Of a DNA stretch of 64,000 nucleotides, positions 39,273-49,838 are shown piece after piece. Numbering within the stretch: position 1 is the stretch's first letter; every line of letters begins with the position of its first letter. A model generated the notes under the pieces. It was not told the origin of the DNA and searched no databases. It was given only the letters and a program-made list of their open reading frames with translations. The stretch covers positions 32,001-96,000 of the IMG/VR virus record IMGVR_UViG_3300048629_000034, one strand, 5' to 3'. The position numbers and the translations under genes were made by a program. The DNA comes from a virus (Duplodnaviria > Caudoviricetes).

Positions 39273-40683
39273 TGACAAAAAATTAGAACAACTATTATTT
39301 GAAGAGGAAGCTGGTAATTTCTATGATATCTATTCTAAAGAGGAAAATGTAGGAGAAGATGATATAGACAAGAATCTTCATAATAATTGCGAGATAATAT
39401 TTACAACAAAGTATAACATACAGCAAACTCAAGACTTACTTACAGCAGGTAAATTTATTATGGATATAGATCCATTAATGGATAATTATAGCAATGAATA
39501 TTTTAGTGATATTACCTCGAAACTTGATGGAGACGATTTTTTAAATAATATTCTTAGGACCTCAGTTGAAATTGAAGGACAATATTCTTTTGCAGATGCA
39601 ATAAATATTATAGCAAATGTAAAAATACAAATGGGTGATGAGTTTTATGGTGCATTGTTAATAGAACCAAATAAACAATACACATTTAATCCTCTACATC
39701 ATTTAGTAGCGGTTGAGTATCTAAAGCACAGAGATGATAATGACACATTTAATGTATTTATATTTAGCAATTCTAATGTAGACAAATTTAATCTTGAAGA
39801 CAATGCTAAGGAAAGAGCAAAAAACAATATCATTAATCAATTGGGAATGTATGCAATCAGAGGAATTGTTAAAAGCAGAAGAATTATTGACGAGTCAAGA
39901 CAATCATTTATTGATAATGTACTTGAAAATGATAAACACGTGCTTAAAACAAAAATATCTTATTCTGCAGAGAGAAATGACAATGGAGACGAAATATATG
40001 TAGTGCCACAACAACTTCTAACGAGTGGCTTAGCAATACCGTATTATGGAACAACATTGTACAAAGTAACAACAAATTCATCAGGAGACAGAAGTTCGTA
40101 TGGTTCACACATTACACCAATGCTTGGAGTAAATACAGCATCTGGATGGTCAGGGAGAAAAGTAGATCATGCAAAAGATATTACTTTTGACTCTGTTTGT
40201 ACAGGAAACGAAGTTTCAACAACTATCAAAGGAATTTTAACGCATAATCATTCTAATCTTTCATCTCCATATTTTAGTAATTGTGTAATGGAAGGGTGGC
40301 ATGAATTATCGCAGGAGGCAATAAATACATCACTAATGATATATAAGGATCTTCTTAACAAGGATACATGTAACAAGCTTGGATTTGATTGTGATGAGGC
40401 TCATAAATTAAACACAAGCAGCGACAATACTGACAAAGCGGAAAATGAAAAGTTAATTGAATCATGGTCAAGCTGTCCATTTAATGACATATCATCTTCA
40501 GAGCCGTGTCCAGCACTGGTATCTTTAAAAGAATATACAGATTACTTGATTGGAGATTCACTATCTAATTTAACAGCTGGAGAAATATTACTTAGATACA
40601 GAGAAGCAAATAAATACCTATCTGGAATCGATACAGACTACACAACGCCAGATGGTGCTAAATGCGAACCATGTACAGAATAA
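39262..40683 (+). CDS. Putative prokaryotic E2-like protein
   Basis: HITPMLGVN...SVCTG...NLSSPY recalls the E2 HPN...xCxG...NxxSP layout; lies between E1 and JAB; start moved to MLTNDKK (AAGGAG RBS). Confidence 0.45.
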   Translation: MLTNDKKLEQLLFEEEAGNFYDIYSKEENVGEDDIDKNLHNNCEIIFTTKYNIQQTQDLLTAGKFIMDIDPLMDNYSNEYFSDITSKLDGDDFLNNILRTSVEIEGQYSFADAINIIANVKIQMGDEFYGALLIEPNKQYTFNPLHHLVAVEYLKHRDDNDTFNVFIFSNSNVDKFNLEDNAKERAKNNIINQLGMYAIRGIVKSRRIIDESRQSFIDNVLENDKHVLKTKISYSAERNDNGDEIYVVPQQLLTSGLAIPYYGTTLYKVTTNSSGDRSSYGSHITPMLGVNTASGWSGRKVDHAKDITFDSVCTGNEVSTTIKGILTHNHSNLSSPYFSNCVMEGWHELSQEAINTSLMIYKDLLNKDTCNKLGFDCDEAHKLNTSSDNTDKAENEKLIESWSSCPFNDISSSEPCPALVSLKEYTDYLIGDSLSNLTAGEILLRYREANKYLSGIDTDYTTPDGAKCEPCTE

Positions 40684-40699
40684 AAAAAAAGGAATACAA

Positions 40700-41929
40700 A
40701 TGAAAAAACAAACATATAGACAACCTAAGCCGCAAGCCCAATTTGACTATCTAACTAGACAATTTAAAACTAGACAAAAAGATTTAATTAAGGATAATAA
40801 ATCAACAAATAACTATGGTATATTATTATTGAACCAACAAAACCTGGACAACATCAGACATAAATCAGAGGTAAATATTACAACTCATGATGAATATGGA
40901 TTTCATTACAGAGCTTTAGTAGCTAGAGTTGTAACTGGATCGGGGAATACATCTGAGTTTCTTGACATTTGTATTCCAACTGTATATTATAATTACAAAC
41001 AAGAAGTGTCTGGAGGAGAAGTTGAATTTCATTTAGCGGATGTTGAAGCAGCGGCAAACGAAGTAAAACCTCTATCAGATATGATGGTTAACAAACTATT
41101 TGAATCTGACATTTCACTGGGGACTAGACTTAATAATCTATTTAATGAATTGAAGATAAAAGCAGAGTATTTCGATGTAGGGGTTAACTCTATTCATATG
41201 CATCCAGCAGGACTACATAGATTCTCTGGTGGAGACCTTGACACTGATCATACTAATCCTGGAATTTGTTTTCCTCTTAGTAAAGCAGAAAAAGAAACTA
41301 ATTTTGCATCTATTGTAACTAGACGAGGTAAAGGAGTTATTCTTGGACATACTGAATATAGAATTGCAGATGGCGATGTATCTACAAATGAACCAATCAA
41401 TTACTATCACGGTAAATCAATTACTTTAGTAAAAGGATATGCTCCAACAGACGATAGAACTACTATGCAAAAGTTACTTGGATTTAAAGTAGATGAACCA
41501 ATTAAATCATATACTGTATCTGACGGTTTAGACTTGTCTGACTTTGCAAACAAAGTAAATGAACTATTCAATGAGTCTGATTATGTTGCATTTGATGATA
41601 CTGTAATTTCAGATAATGTATCTAAATATGTATACAAACCAAAGCCAGTAGCAAAAAAGAAACCAGCAATTGCAGCTTCTAAGCAAAAAACTATTACAGC
41701 CAAACATGTAGAACTAAAGATAGTATATACAGATAAAACCACTGGAGATAAATATACTCAAGATGATATTGATGACATAATTGAAGAACTAATGTATTCG
41801 AGTACTGGAGTAAGCAAAGCAGAACTTATGCAACTAGAATACAAAGAGCTAGTAGATAGATATGAAGAATATATTATGAGACCAGGAAGCTACTCTTTTG
41901 GAGGATTTGGGTATGATTATGACTATTAA
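40700..41929 (+). CDS. JAB/JAMM metallopeptidase-like protein
   Basis: N-terminal Glu (HDEYG), QEVSGGEVEF, SIHMHP-x5-FSGGD; start moved to MKKQTY. Confidence 0.75.
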   Translation: MKKQTYRQPKPQAQFDYLTRQFKTRQKDLIKDNKSTNNYGILLLNQQNLDNIRHKSEVNITTHDEYGFHYRALVARVVTGSGNTSEFLDICIPTVYYNYKQEVSGGEVEFHLADVEAAANEVKPLSDMMVNKLFESDISLGTRLNNLFNELKIKAEYFDVGVNSIHMHPAGLHRFSGGDLDTDHTNPGICFPLSKAEKETNFASIVTRRGKGVILGHTEYRIADGDVSTNEPINYYHGKSITLVKGYAPTDDRTTMQKLLGFKVDEPIKSYTVSDGLDLSDFANKVNELFNESDYVAFDDTVISDNVSKYVYKPKPVAKKKPAIAASKQKTITAKHVELKIVYTDKTTGDKYTQDDIDDIIEELMYSSTGVSKAELMQLEYKELVDRYEEYIMRPGSYSFGGFGYDYDY

Positions 41930-41946
41930 AAACAAAGGAAACCACA

Positions 41947-42813
41947 ATGGAAATTAAATTCGACGATTATGTATCAGCAGCAGAGCATTTGCCAGAGAAA
42001 GCAGATAACACTTTCTTTATCAGTCCATCTGCATTTTATGATTTTATAGATAAAAAGCATCTTTGGTTCAGACAACAATTTATGAAGGAAGATCAATTTG
42101 AAGGTAATACTGGATCCAATCTTGGTAACATAATTCACAAAGCATGTGAAATGTACACACAAGAAGTAGATGTAACTGATGAGCAAATTAATGAGTATAT
42201 TGATTCATTACCAGATAATGATGAGATAGACAAACAAACAATCAGAGATAACTACAGATCAATGATTGATACTGTATTGACTAGATTTTTAATGGATACG
42301 AATATTGATGAGACAGAACAATTTATTGGCTATGATTTATCTGAACATGTAACTGTGGGTGGAACTTTCGATTACACTAGAACAGATAGATCTGGCAGAC
42401 AAATTATTGGCGATTACAAGACTACAGCAAGTAAGTTACCTCCAAAGAAAATCGAACAGAAACATAAAATGCAAGCATTAATATATGCATATATTATGGA
42501 TAAATCAGATCTATACATGCGACCAGATATGTTAGAGATTGTATATATCACAAGGCATCATGATCCAGTTATCAGCGAGAAAACAGGCAAGCCAGGCAAA
42601 GAATATTTTCCAGATGTATCTGTACTTCAATATGAAATTACAGATAATGATATGGCATATATTGATTCATTAATGAGATTATGCGCGGAAACTATGCATT
42701 TCTTCTTTGACAATCCAGATAAAGCATATATCATATTTACTGACTACAGACTAAAGGGTGAATTTTTCGAAACATATAAATATACTGAAGAACAGGAACA
42801 ACCACTGTTCTAG
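41947..42813 (+). CDS. PD-(D/E)XK exonuclease (RecB/Cas4-like)
   Basis: SPSA, GNIIH, E...GTFD, GDYKT, QxxxY. Confidence 0.85.
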   Translation: MEIKFDDYVSAAEHLPEKADNTFFISPSAFYDFIDKKHLWFRQQFMKEDQFEGNTGSNLGNIIHKACEMYTQEVDVTDEQINEYIDSLPDNDEIDKQTIRDNYRSMIDTVLTRFLMDTNIDETEQFIGYDLSEHVTVGGTFDYTRTDRSGRQIIGDYKTTASKLPPKKIEQKHKMQALIYAYIMDKSDLYMRPDMLEIVYITRHHDPVISEKTGKPGKEYFPDVSVLQYEITDNDMAYIDSLMRLCAETMHFFFDNPDKAYIIFTDYRLKGEFFETYKYTEEQEQPLF

Positions 42814-42826
42814 AAAGGAGAGCAAA

Positions 42827-43317
42827 ATGTATTCAGATGATACAATAAATGGAATGACTTATGAAGAGTATTATAGAGCATCTGTAAACGAAGGGTTAAT
42901 TGAGTCTGGTTATATTTTAATCAATAAACAAAGCAAATATATACATCCAATATCATTCAAATTTATGAATAAATATTATTCGTCTAACCACAAAAGAGTT
43001 GATAAGTATTCATACAAGAATGAATATTGGATAAAACATACACAGCAGTCAGATCTGTATAAAATATATATGATTTTAACTAATAAAGTACACAGGATAA
43101 TTTAATTATGATTTCAAATTTAACACATAAGTTTCTAGATATAACAAACATGTGGATGATATATGGTTTCTATGGTAAATTCACTCGAACAACTTCACAT
43201 ACCTGGTTCTATCAGGAATACGAACAATTAGGTGGACTATACTCTAATACAACAATAACCCCAAAATCAACACTACATTGGTGGAAATTATGGCTACTAG
43301 GAGACAGTAATGACTAA
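42827..43317 (+). other. Two small hypothetical ORFs (about 42827-43105 and 43108-43317)
   Basis: Co-oriented; the first probably starts at MYSDD (AGGAG RBS). Confidence 0.45.
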
Positions 43318-44002
43318 TGAAATACCAGCACATATATTGGTTAAAGACCCATTGTATATATATTATTACTTACAAGAACCAAAAGACTCTAATAATGTAT
43401 TCGAGAGAACAGCAGAGTTAGTATCTGATGAAAAAAGTCACAATACTATAGCAACAATCAGATGCTCAACGATTAAGAGAAGTGTTTTAAATAATAATAC
43501 AATTATACGTGGATCATATGACAGTTATATAGACACTTACGATAACTCTATTCATAAAGTATCACTTATCTCATCTAAAACATTAGCAATTGAATCTAAA
43601 GATAATTCAAGCACACATCTAGAGTTAGCTATTGTAAATTGGTTATTGCAAGATGATTCATACAAACTTCAGTTAGATGCAATAGTAAAAGACGCAAGTT
43701 ATTATAATCCGGATGCTGGACCATCAGAGCAAACTGTATATTTTGAACCAATACCTGATATAGAGCAATATATTACTAATAAATTAAACAAAGTTCAGGC
43801 ATACATTGATAATCCGAATACTATAGAAGAATGTAAAGATCTTAGATGGTATAAGAATAAGCAGGGAATTACGAAGAAAGTTGCATGTGAATTATGCCAA
43901 TACAATTCTGTATGTAAATTTTACAATAAATCTAAATCAATCAGCAACAGAAAAGCTAAATCAAATATAGCAAACAGACTAAAGAATTTGAAGAATCTAT
44001 AA
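43310..44002 (+). CDS. Degenerate Cas4-like protein with C-terminal Cys cluster
   Basis: IRGSYD but no DxK; C-terminal EC...W...ACELCQYNSVC. Confidence 0.45.
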   Translation: MTNEIPAHILVKDPLYIYYYLQEPKDSNNVFERTAELVSDEKSHNTIATIRCSTIKRSVLNNNTIIRGSYDSYIDTYDNSIHKVSLISSKTLAIESKDNSSTHLELAIVNWLLQDDSYKLQLDAIVKDASYYNPDAGPSEQTVYFEPIPDIEQYITNKLNKVQAYIDNPNTIEECKDLRWYKNKQGITKKVACELCQYNSVCKFYNKSKSISNRKAKSNIANRLKNLKNL

Positions 44003-44091
44003 CTGGTTCTTCAAATTCAATACATATAAAAGAAATTTACTATATTTTTTATATGTATTGAACAACCAGATAAGCAAATAATGAATAGGAG

Positions 44092-44484
44092 ATGAGTATA
44101 AAAAGACAAAATAACAAAACATTTATTTGTGAGATAGGGATGGAACTAAATAGACTTCCAAGGAATGGATATTTACTTATGCAAGCTTCCAATAATAATG
44201 AATGGCTACAACTTACTAGCACTTTACGTGAAAATCATAAATATTTAGGCGTGCCACTGTCTAAAGAAATGCTAAATTTATTTGAGGACACAAGAAATAA
44301 AGACTTTTTTATGTTATGTATTCAAAAAAATCAACACCACGAATTAAAGTTATCATTAGTATCTAAACTTTACGTAAACAGTTTAAGTTTTAAAAAAATG
44401 AATTATATATATAAGATATTTGACATTTCTACATTCTTTAAAAAAACAACAACAAATCAATTCATACTACACGACACTAATTAA
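44092..44484 (+). CDS. LHDTN-tail family protein 2
   Basis: Ends NQFILHDTN-stop. Confidence 0.75.
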   Translation: MSIKRQNNKTFICEIGMELNRLPRNGYLLMQASNNNEWLQLTSTLRENHKYLGVPLSKEMLNLFEDTRNKDFFMLCIQKNQHHELKLSLVSKLYVNSLSFKKMNYIYKIFDISTFFKKTTTNQFILHDTN

Positions 44485-44503
44485 TTAATATAAAGGAGAA
44501 TGA

Positions 44504-44845
44504 ATGCTAAGAAAAATATCAGAATGCAAAATACTAAGCGAACTTGAAAAAGTAATTGACAACAACAGAAGAGTTGTAATACTAGCTGATAATAAAGAAG
44601 AGTGGGATGATATTTTACGGTTTATATTTTCTCAACAAAAGTATGAATTAACAGCATCAACTTCTAAATTAGACACTTGGTTGCCATATTATGTAAAGTA
44701 TAAAAGAGACGCAATAGTAATCACAAGGTTAAACGACACATTGAGACTTACTCACACAGAGCGTATATATGCCAAAGAAAGCTCTGATATTATAATAAGC
44801 ATAAACAGAAGAGATAACCAATTCATACTGCACGACACAAATTAA
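44504..44845 (+). CDS. LHDTN-tail family protein 3
   Basis: Ends NQFILHDTN-stop. Confidence 0.75.
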   Translation: MLRKISECKILSELEKVIDNNRRVVILADNKEEWDDILRFIFSQQKYELTASTSKLDTWLPYYVKYKRDAIVITRLNDTLRLTHTERIYAKESSDIIISINRRDNQFILHDTN

Positions 44846-44854
44846 GGACATTAT

Positions 44855-45191
44855 ATGCTAGACAAATCATCGCAATATAAAATATTAAATGAGCTAAAGC
44901 AAGTTATAAATGACGACGAAATAGTAATCATATATACAAGGAGCAAAGAAGAAATGGGAAGAAGCCATAAAATTTATATATTCTCAGCAAAAATATAGTT
45001 TTTATAAAACGGGTTCACTATTAGAATGGATAAGTTATTATAATGTAAAAAGTAGTTTTTGTATATTCTTGTACAGAAAAAACGAAAAACAATTCTATAT
45101 AAAACATGGAGTCCTTAAGTATAAAACGAAATATAATACGATAATTAAAGTAAACAAAAACAGTAATTTTATCTTACATGACACAAACTAA
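44855..45191 (+). pseudogene. LHDTN-tail family member 4, frameshifted
   Basis: MLDKSSQYKILNELKQVI...KEE, one extra A at about 44953, then WEEAIKFIYSQQKY...NFILHDTN-stop; 337 nt; close paralog of 44504-44845. Confidence 0.75.
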
Positions 45192-45224
45192 AAAATAATA
45201 CATATAAAAGAGGAGATTGATTAA

Positions 45225-45542
45225 ATGAAAACAAAAATTACGAAAAATATATTAACAAAACAAGAATTATTTGAAGAAGTAGAGAATAGATACAACTATC
45301 ATAATGAGAAGCCTGCAAAATGTACTGATACAACAAATAATGTTGCATGCAAGTCTAAAAAACTATACCTTCATTATCTAGAAAAATACGATAAAAACAA
45401 AGATTCAAATTTATTCGATTATTTCAAATGGTTGAGAACACAACGAGCAGAAGTATTTAATCTACCTAAAACTACAATCAAAAGAAGGACAAGAATATGG
45501 GAAGTGAATGCAAAGACAACACTGAACTATCTAGACCATTAA
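45225..45542 (+). CDS. Hypothetical basic protein
   Basis: 105 aa, GAGGAG RBS. Confidence 0.55.
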   Translation: MKTKITKNILTKQELFEEVENRYNYHNEKPAKCTDTTNNVACKSKKLYLHYLEKYDKNKDSNLFDYFKWLRTQRAEVFNLPKTTIKRRTRIWEVNAKTTLNYLDH

Positions 45543-45559
45543 CAAAATAAAGGAACCAA

Positions 45560-46804
45560 ATGACATACAACAGTAAGCAGATACAAGCAATAAATATGGC
45601 ATCAAGCCTAAAACATAAGGTGTGCTACATATCAGGAGCTCCAGGAACTGGTAAATCTACATGCCTTAAACAAATCATTGAGAACATAGGAGCTAATGGT
45701 TCTGAAATAGTTGTAATGGCTCCGTCTCACAAAGCTAAACAAGTAATTGAAAAAACAATAGACGATAAGTCACTTGAGTATATGACAGTGCAGAAATATT
45801 GTGGACTTAAACCAAAAATAAATAGTAAAACAGGAATCCAGACTTTTGTAGAAGAGTTTAATCCGAAGGAACAGACATGCGATGTTGCAGTAGTAGATGA
45901 AGCTAGCATGTTGACGCAGAAAATGCTAGACAAAGTTATGAGAACAAGCAATCATGTAATTCTATTAGGAGACATTCATCAGCTTGAAGCAATAGAGGAT
46001 CCAATACCTGAACAAACTTTGTCAGATATACCAGTAATAGAATTAACTGAGCAGATGAGACAGAAATCAATCCATTCTGATCTGTATAAAGTTATTCAGA
46101 TTTTTCTTAAGCGTAAGAATAACAATACAACTCGTACATTTAATTTTGATACTGAGTCTGATGGATCTATCATTGTGCACAAAGATCTAAGCGATTTTAT
46201 AGATACATTTATTGAATCTAAATCTACAAGCAAGAGAATCATTGGATTCAGAAATGTATCAATTGACTATATTAATTCTGAAATTAGATCAAAACTATCA
46301 CTACCTGATTATCCAATAGTTGGAGATATTATAGTACTTCAGCAACCTATAACTAGACGAGGGAAGAAGAATAATAGAGTAGTTAAGGAGATTGTGTATA
46401 ACAATGGGGATGAATTAACAATCAAGAAAATCACACCAGTCGATAATAACACTGACTATCCAACATTCATGATGGCAGAATGTATCAGACACGGAGATAT
46501 GGAAACTAGAGAAATCAAAATACCATATGACTCAATCAAGTTTAATAACAATCTGCAGAAATTAGCAAATTCAATCAACAATGGAACAAACAAGAGATTA
46601 TGGACAGAGAAATATTATCCATTGAAAGAATCTGTAGCCCACTACAAATTCAACTACTGTGGAACTACACACAAAGCTCAAGGAAGTACTTATGACGAAG
46701 TATATATCTTGCATAAGGACATGATTGTAGCCGGAGATAATTATAACAGACTTATGTATGTTGCAATTTCGAGAGCTAAGACTGTAGCACATATAAAGGA
46801 TTAA
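45560..46804 (+). CDS. Dda/RecD-like SF1B DNA helicase
   Basis: GAPGTGKS, APSHKA, VDEASM, GDIHQL, LTEQMRQ, TTHKAQGST, YVAISRA. Confidence 0.92.
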   Translation: MTYNSKQIQAINMASSLKHKVCYISGAPGTGKSTCLKQIIENIGANGSEIVVMAPSHKAKQVIEKTIDDKSLEYMTVQKYCGLKPKINSKTGIQTFVEEFNPKEQTCDVAVVDEASMLTQKMLDKVMRTSNHVILLGDIHQLEAIEDPIPEQTLSDIPVIELTEQMRQKSIHSDLYKVIQIFLKRKNNNTTRTFNFDTESDGSIIVHKDLSDFIDTFIESKSTSKRIIGFRNVSIDYINSEIRSKLSLPDYPIVGDIIVLQQPITRRGKKNNRVVKEIVYNNGDELTIKKITPVDNNTDYPTFMMAECIRHGDMETREIKIPYDSIKFNNNLQKLANSINNGTNKRLWTEKYYPLKESVAHYKFNYCGTTHKAQGSTYDEVYILHKDMIVAGDNYNRLMYVAISRAKTVAHIKD

Positions 46805-46806
46805 TT

Positions 46807-47211
46807 ATGGATAAGCTTCTATTGCATAACCAAAACTGGAACAACATAGAAAAACTAGCAGTAAAAGAAAACGACAAATTAATAATATTCATAAATATAA
46901 ATAATTTAAATACATTTAATACAATAACGGATCTATTCGGAAGACAAATAGGATCGATGGATGATATGCGTTATTATTTTACTGAAGATAAACAATACGT
47001 ATCTTTGTATTTACACAAAGATCGCAATGGAGATCCCTCTCAAGGATGGACAGGTACTAAAGAGATAGATCTACATGCGGATATTATAAAGGTATTAAAC
47101 AATGAGTTCTATTCAAACATTTATCCAGCAGCCATAAAATGCATTATTGACGCTAGGCATATATCAAATATAAATACAGACCAGAGGATAATTTTACATG
47201 ACACAAATTAA
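46807..47211 (+). CDS. LHDTN-tail family protein 5
   Basis: Ends RIILHDTN-stop. Confidence 0.75.
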   Translation: MDKLLLHNQNWNNIEKLAVKENDKLIIFININNLNTFNTITDLFGRQIGSMDDMRYYFTEDKQYVSLYLHKDRNGDPSQGWTGTKEIDLHADIIKVLNNEFYSNIYPAAIKCIIDARHISNINTDQRIILHDTN

Positions 47212-47572
47212 CGAAAAAGCATTAGCTAATTTTCTTAAATATCAAGCAGATGGAGACAACATAGACAAAGATGTAATTATTGTTGAATCTATTGATGAAT
47301 GGAATAAGATATTTGAATGTCTATATAAATATAAAATATACGGACAGAGATCTGGTCTGTCGTTAAAAGAATGGGAAAGTGTATATAGAAGATGCAATAA
47401 TAATAATGGGGATTATGCGCTAAGGTTAGCTAGTGAAATAAACCTAAATCATTCAAGTTCTGATTGGATGATAGCGAACTACATTGAAGACACAAACGGC
47501 AAAGCAATACATTTCAAGGATATACCTGGAGTACACAGATTGAATCAATTTATTCTGTACGATACAAATTAA
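47198..47572 (+). CDS. LHDTN-tail family protein 6
   Basis: Ends NQFILYDTN-stop; its ATG lies inside the previous gene's HDTN codons. Confidence 0.75.
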   Translation: MTQINEKALANFLKYQADGDNIDKDVIIVESIDEWNKIFECLYKYKIYGQRSGLSLKEWESVYRRCNNNNGDYALRLASEINLNHSSSDWMIANYIEDTNGKAIHFKDIPGVHRLNQFILYDTN

Positions 47573-47591
47573 TACACAAGGAGGCGCTATA

Positions 47592-47987
47592 GTGAAAGAT
47601 ATTAATTCAATAAATAATATTGACGAACAACAATTAAGTGGCTTAATGAAAGAATTAAAGTCAAACACCAATAATAGCTTTGATGCTCTATTTATATATA
47701 ATATTAAAGATTCAGATAGTTTTCATGATATTATGAAGTTGTGGGGAAGAGGAGACATTTGTGGAAAAGATCACATTGGATATCCTCGGGCATTAAGTCT
47801 CGAACAGGATGGAACACAAGGATGGGAAGAACAATTTAAATATAGCATTACTACGAATGATCAGATATTACGTCAAGCTGAAGTTTTTTATATTAAATGG
47901 AAAAAAATGTATTCGCTAGACTACAATACGCTATTAGATGGCAAAAATAATAATCTAAATCAATTTACATTATACGATACAAACTAA
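47592..47987 (+). CDS. LHDTN-tail family protein 7
   Basis: Ends NQFTLYDTN-stop. Confidence 0.75.
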   Translation: MKDINSINNIDEQQLSGLMKELKSNTNNSFDALFIYNIKDSDSFHDIMKLWGRGDICGKDHIGYPRALSLEQDGTQGWEEQFKYSITTNDQILRQAEVFYIKWKKMYSLDYNTLLDGKNNNLNQFTLYDTN

Positions 47988-48011
47988 TCAACACACAGAA
48001 GGAGAACCAAT

Positions 48012-49823
48012 ATGACACAAGAATATAAACTCAGAGATTATCAACAGGAAGCTGTAGACGAAATAGACGCTGGATTTTCATTTGGAGAAGATGAAATCAT
48101 ACTTGAAGCATGTACATCATTCGGCAAAACAAGTGTAATATGTGAACTAGCTAGAGTACATAAGAAGTCAGTTACTATTCTTGTGTCATTAACTCCATTA
48201 GTCCAACAAATAAGCAATACACTAACACTTATGGGAGTTGATCATTCAATCATTAAAGCAGGTCGTGATAGTGAATTTGATCCAAATGCACGAGTGCATC
48301 TTGCTATGGCTCAAACATTGCATTCACGAATCAAAGCAGATAAGATGGAATTTACAACTAATTTGCTTATTCAGGATGAATATCATATATCTTATAATAC
48401 CAAGCGTACAGATGAAATCAAGCAGGTACTTAAACCTAATAAGATATTGGGTCTAACTGCAACTCCATACGATGCTAGAGGATACAGATTATCTAATACA
48501 GCAGAGATTGTGGCTACAGCACACGAGAAGGATCTTGAGTCTCAGGGTTTCCTAGCTCCAGTCAAATACTATATACCAGAATGGTCTGAAAAAGTAGATT
48601 ATGATAGAGTAAAGAAGAACGGTGGTGATTATACTGGTACAGCATTGAATGAAATTGTAAATACAGAGACTCATATAGAACAAGTAATTCAGTCAATGAA
48701 TAAACTTAATGCACAAAACAAGAAAACTATTGTATTTTGTTCTACAATTGAGCAGTGTGATTATATTACAAATAGATTAAAACAGCATGGATATTTAGCT
48801 GAATCATTTCATAGTAAAATTGGTAAGCAAAACTCAGAACTAATGCTTGATGTATTTACAAATAATGCTGATAATTATATTGAAACAGGACCAAAGAAAA
48901 AACTATCTGAGCTTGAATCTGGTTCTTTATTTGACGACAAACCAGTCAAACCTCAGCCTAGAGCAGTCAAATGTTTAGTATCGGTGAGTAGACTAACAAC
49001 GGGCTTCTCTGTTGAAGACATACAACTTGGAGTAGCAGTCTCTAAAACTTTAGTTAGATCTAAATTTGTACAAATGGCTGGCAGATTGCGTAGAATACAT
49101 CCAGATAAGCAATTTGGTGAATTTCTTGATTGCGCTCAACTTATATCTACACATGGATTTCCTGATGAAATATATGTTCCTCCACCTAGAATTGGAATAT
49201 CATTAGCAGATAAGAAGGCATTAGCTGATGCAACTAAGAGTATACCTGATATCAGAATTGTATGCGATGACGAATTATCAGAACCAATTACATTAGATAA
49301 ATATAATCTTCGTTTGGTTGAATTAAAGAACACAAAGAAACGTCTAACTCAAATGGATGTTCCTGAGCTTAGAGATAAACTATTAGTTGAATCTGATTTG
49401 CTAACTACATTCTCTATTATTACTGTATTATTTGATAAAGTATTATGTGAGCCTATGCCTGACAAATGGGGAAACGACTCAAGGGGTTATGTAGCTTCAA
49501 ATGGTAAAACAGTTGTTGGCTTCGTTAATCCCCGTACAATCGAATGGATAGCGTCTAAATGGATGGAAGCATACGAAACTCTACCACAGTATTTTAAAGA
49601 TAAATATCTTAGAGCACTTAAGACTAGATCTATTAATGCAATCAAACAGAATAAATCTATATATTCTCTTGGATTCTTTATTGAATTTCTTATGGAGCAA
49701 GACTCATTTGACCTTGAGATTGAAGATAGTACGACTAAAGAAGAACCAAATATATATGATAATGATCATACTGACAATGCAGATGATTATGAAATTGATG
49801 AGGATGGAGATATTCCATTCTAA
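48012..49823 (+). CDS. SF2 DExH helicase with acidic DIPF tail
   Basis: LRDYQ, TSFGKT, DEYH, GLTATP, QMAGRLRR; ends DEDGDIPF. Confidence 0.9.
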   Translation: MTQEYKLRDYQQEAVDEIDAGFSFGEDEIILEACTSFGKTSVICELARVHKKSVTILVSLTPLVQQISNTLTLMGVDHSIIKAGRDSEFDPNARVHLAMAQTLHSRIKADKMEFTTNLLIQDEYHISYNTKRTDEIKQVLKPNKILGLTATPYDARGYRLSNTAEIVATAHEKDLESQGFLAPVKYYIPEWSEKVDYDRVKKNGGDYTGTALNEIVNTETHIEQVIQSMNKLNAQNKKTIVFCSTIEQCDYITNRLKQHGYLAESFHSKIGKQNSELMLDVFTNNADNYIETGPKKKLSELESGSLFDDKPVKPQPRAVKCLVSVSRLTTGFSVEDIQLGVAVSKTLVRSKFVQMAGRLRRIHPDKQFGEFLDCAQLISTHGFPDEIYVPPPRIGISLADKKALADATKSIPDIRIVCDDELSEPITLDKYNLRLVELKNTKKRLTQMDVPELRDKLLVESDLLTTFSIITVLFDKVLCEPMPDKWGNDSRGYVASNGKTVVGFVNPRTIEWIASKWMEAYETLPQYFKDKYLRALKTRSINAIKQNKSIYSLGFFIEFLMEQDSFDLEIEDSTTKEEPNIYDNDHTDNADDYEIDEDGDIPF

Positions 49824-49838
49824 TATAAAGGAAATACT

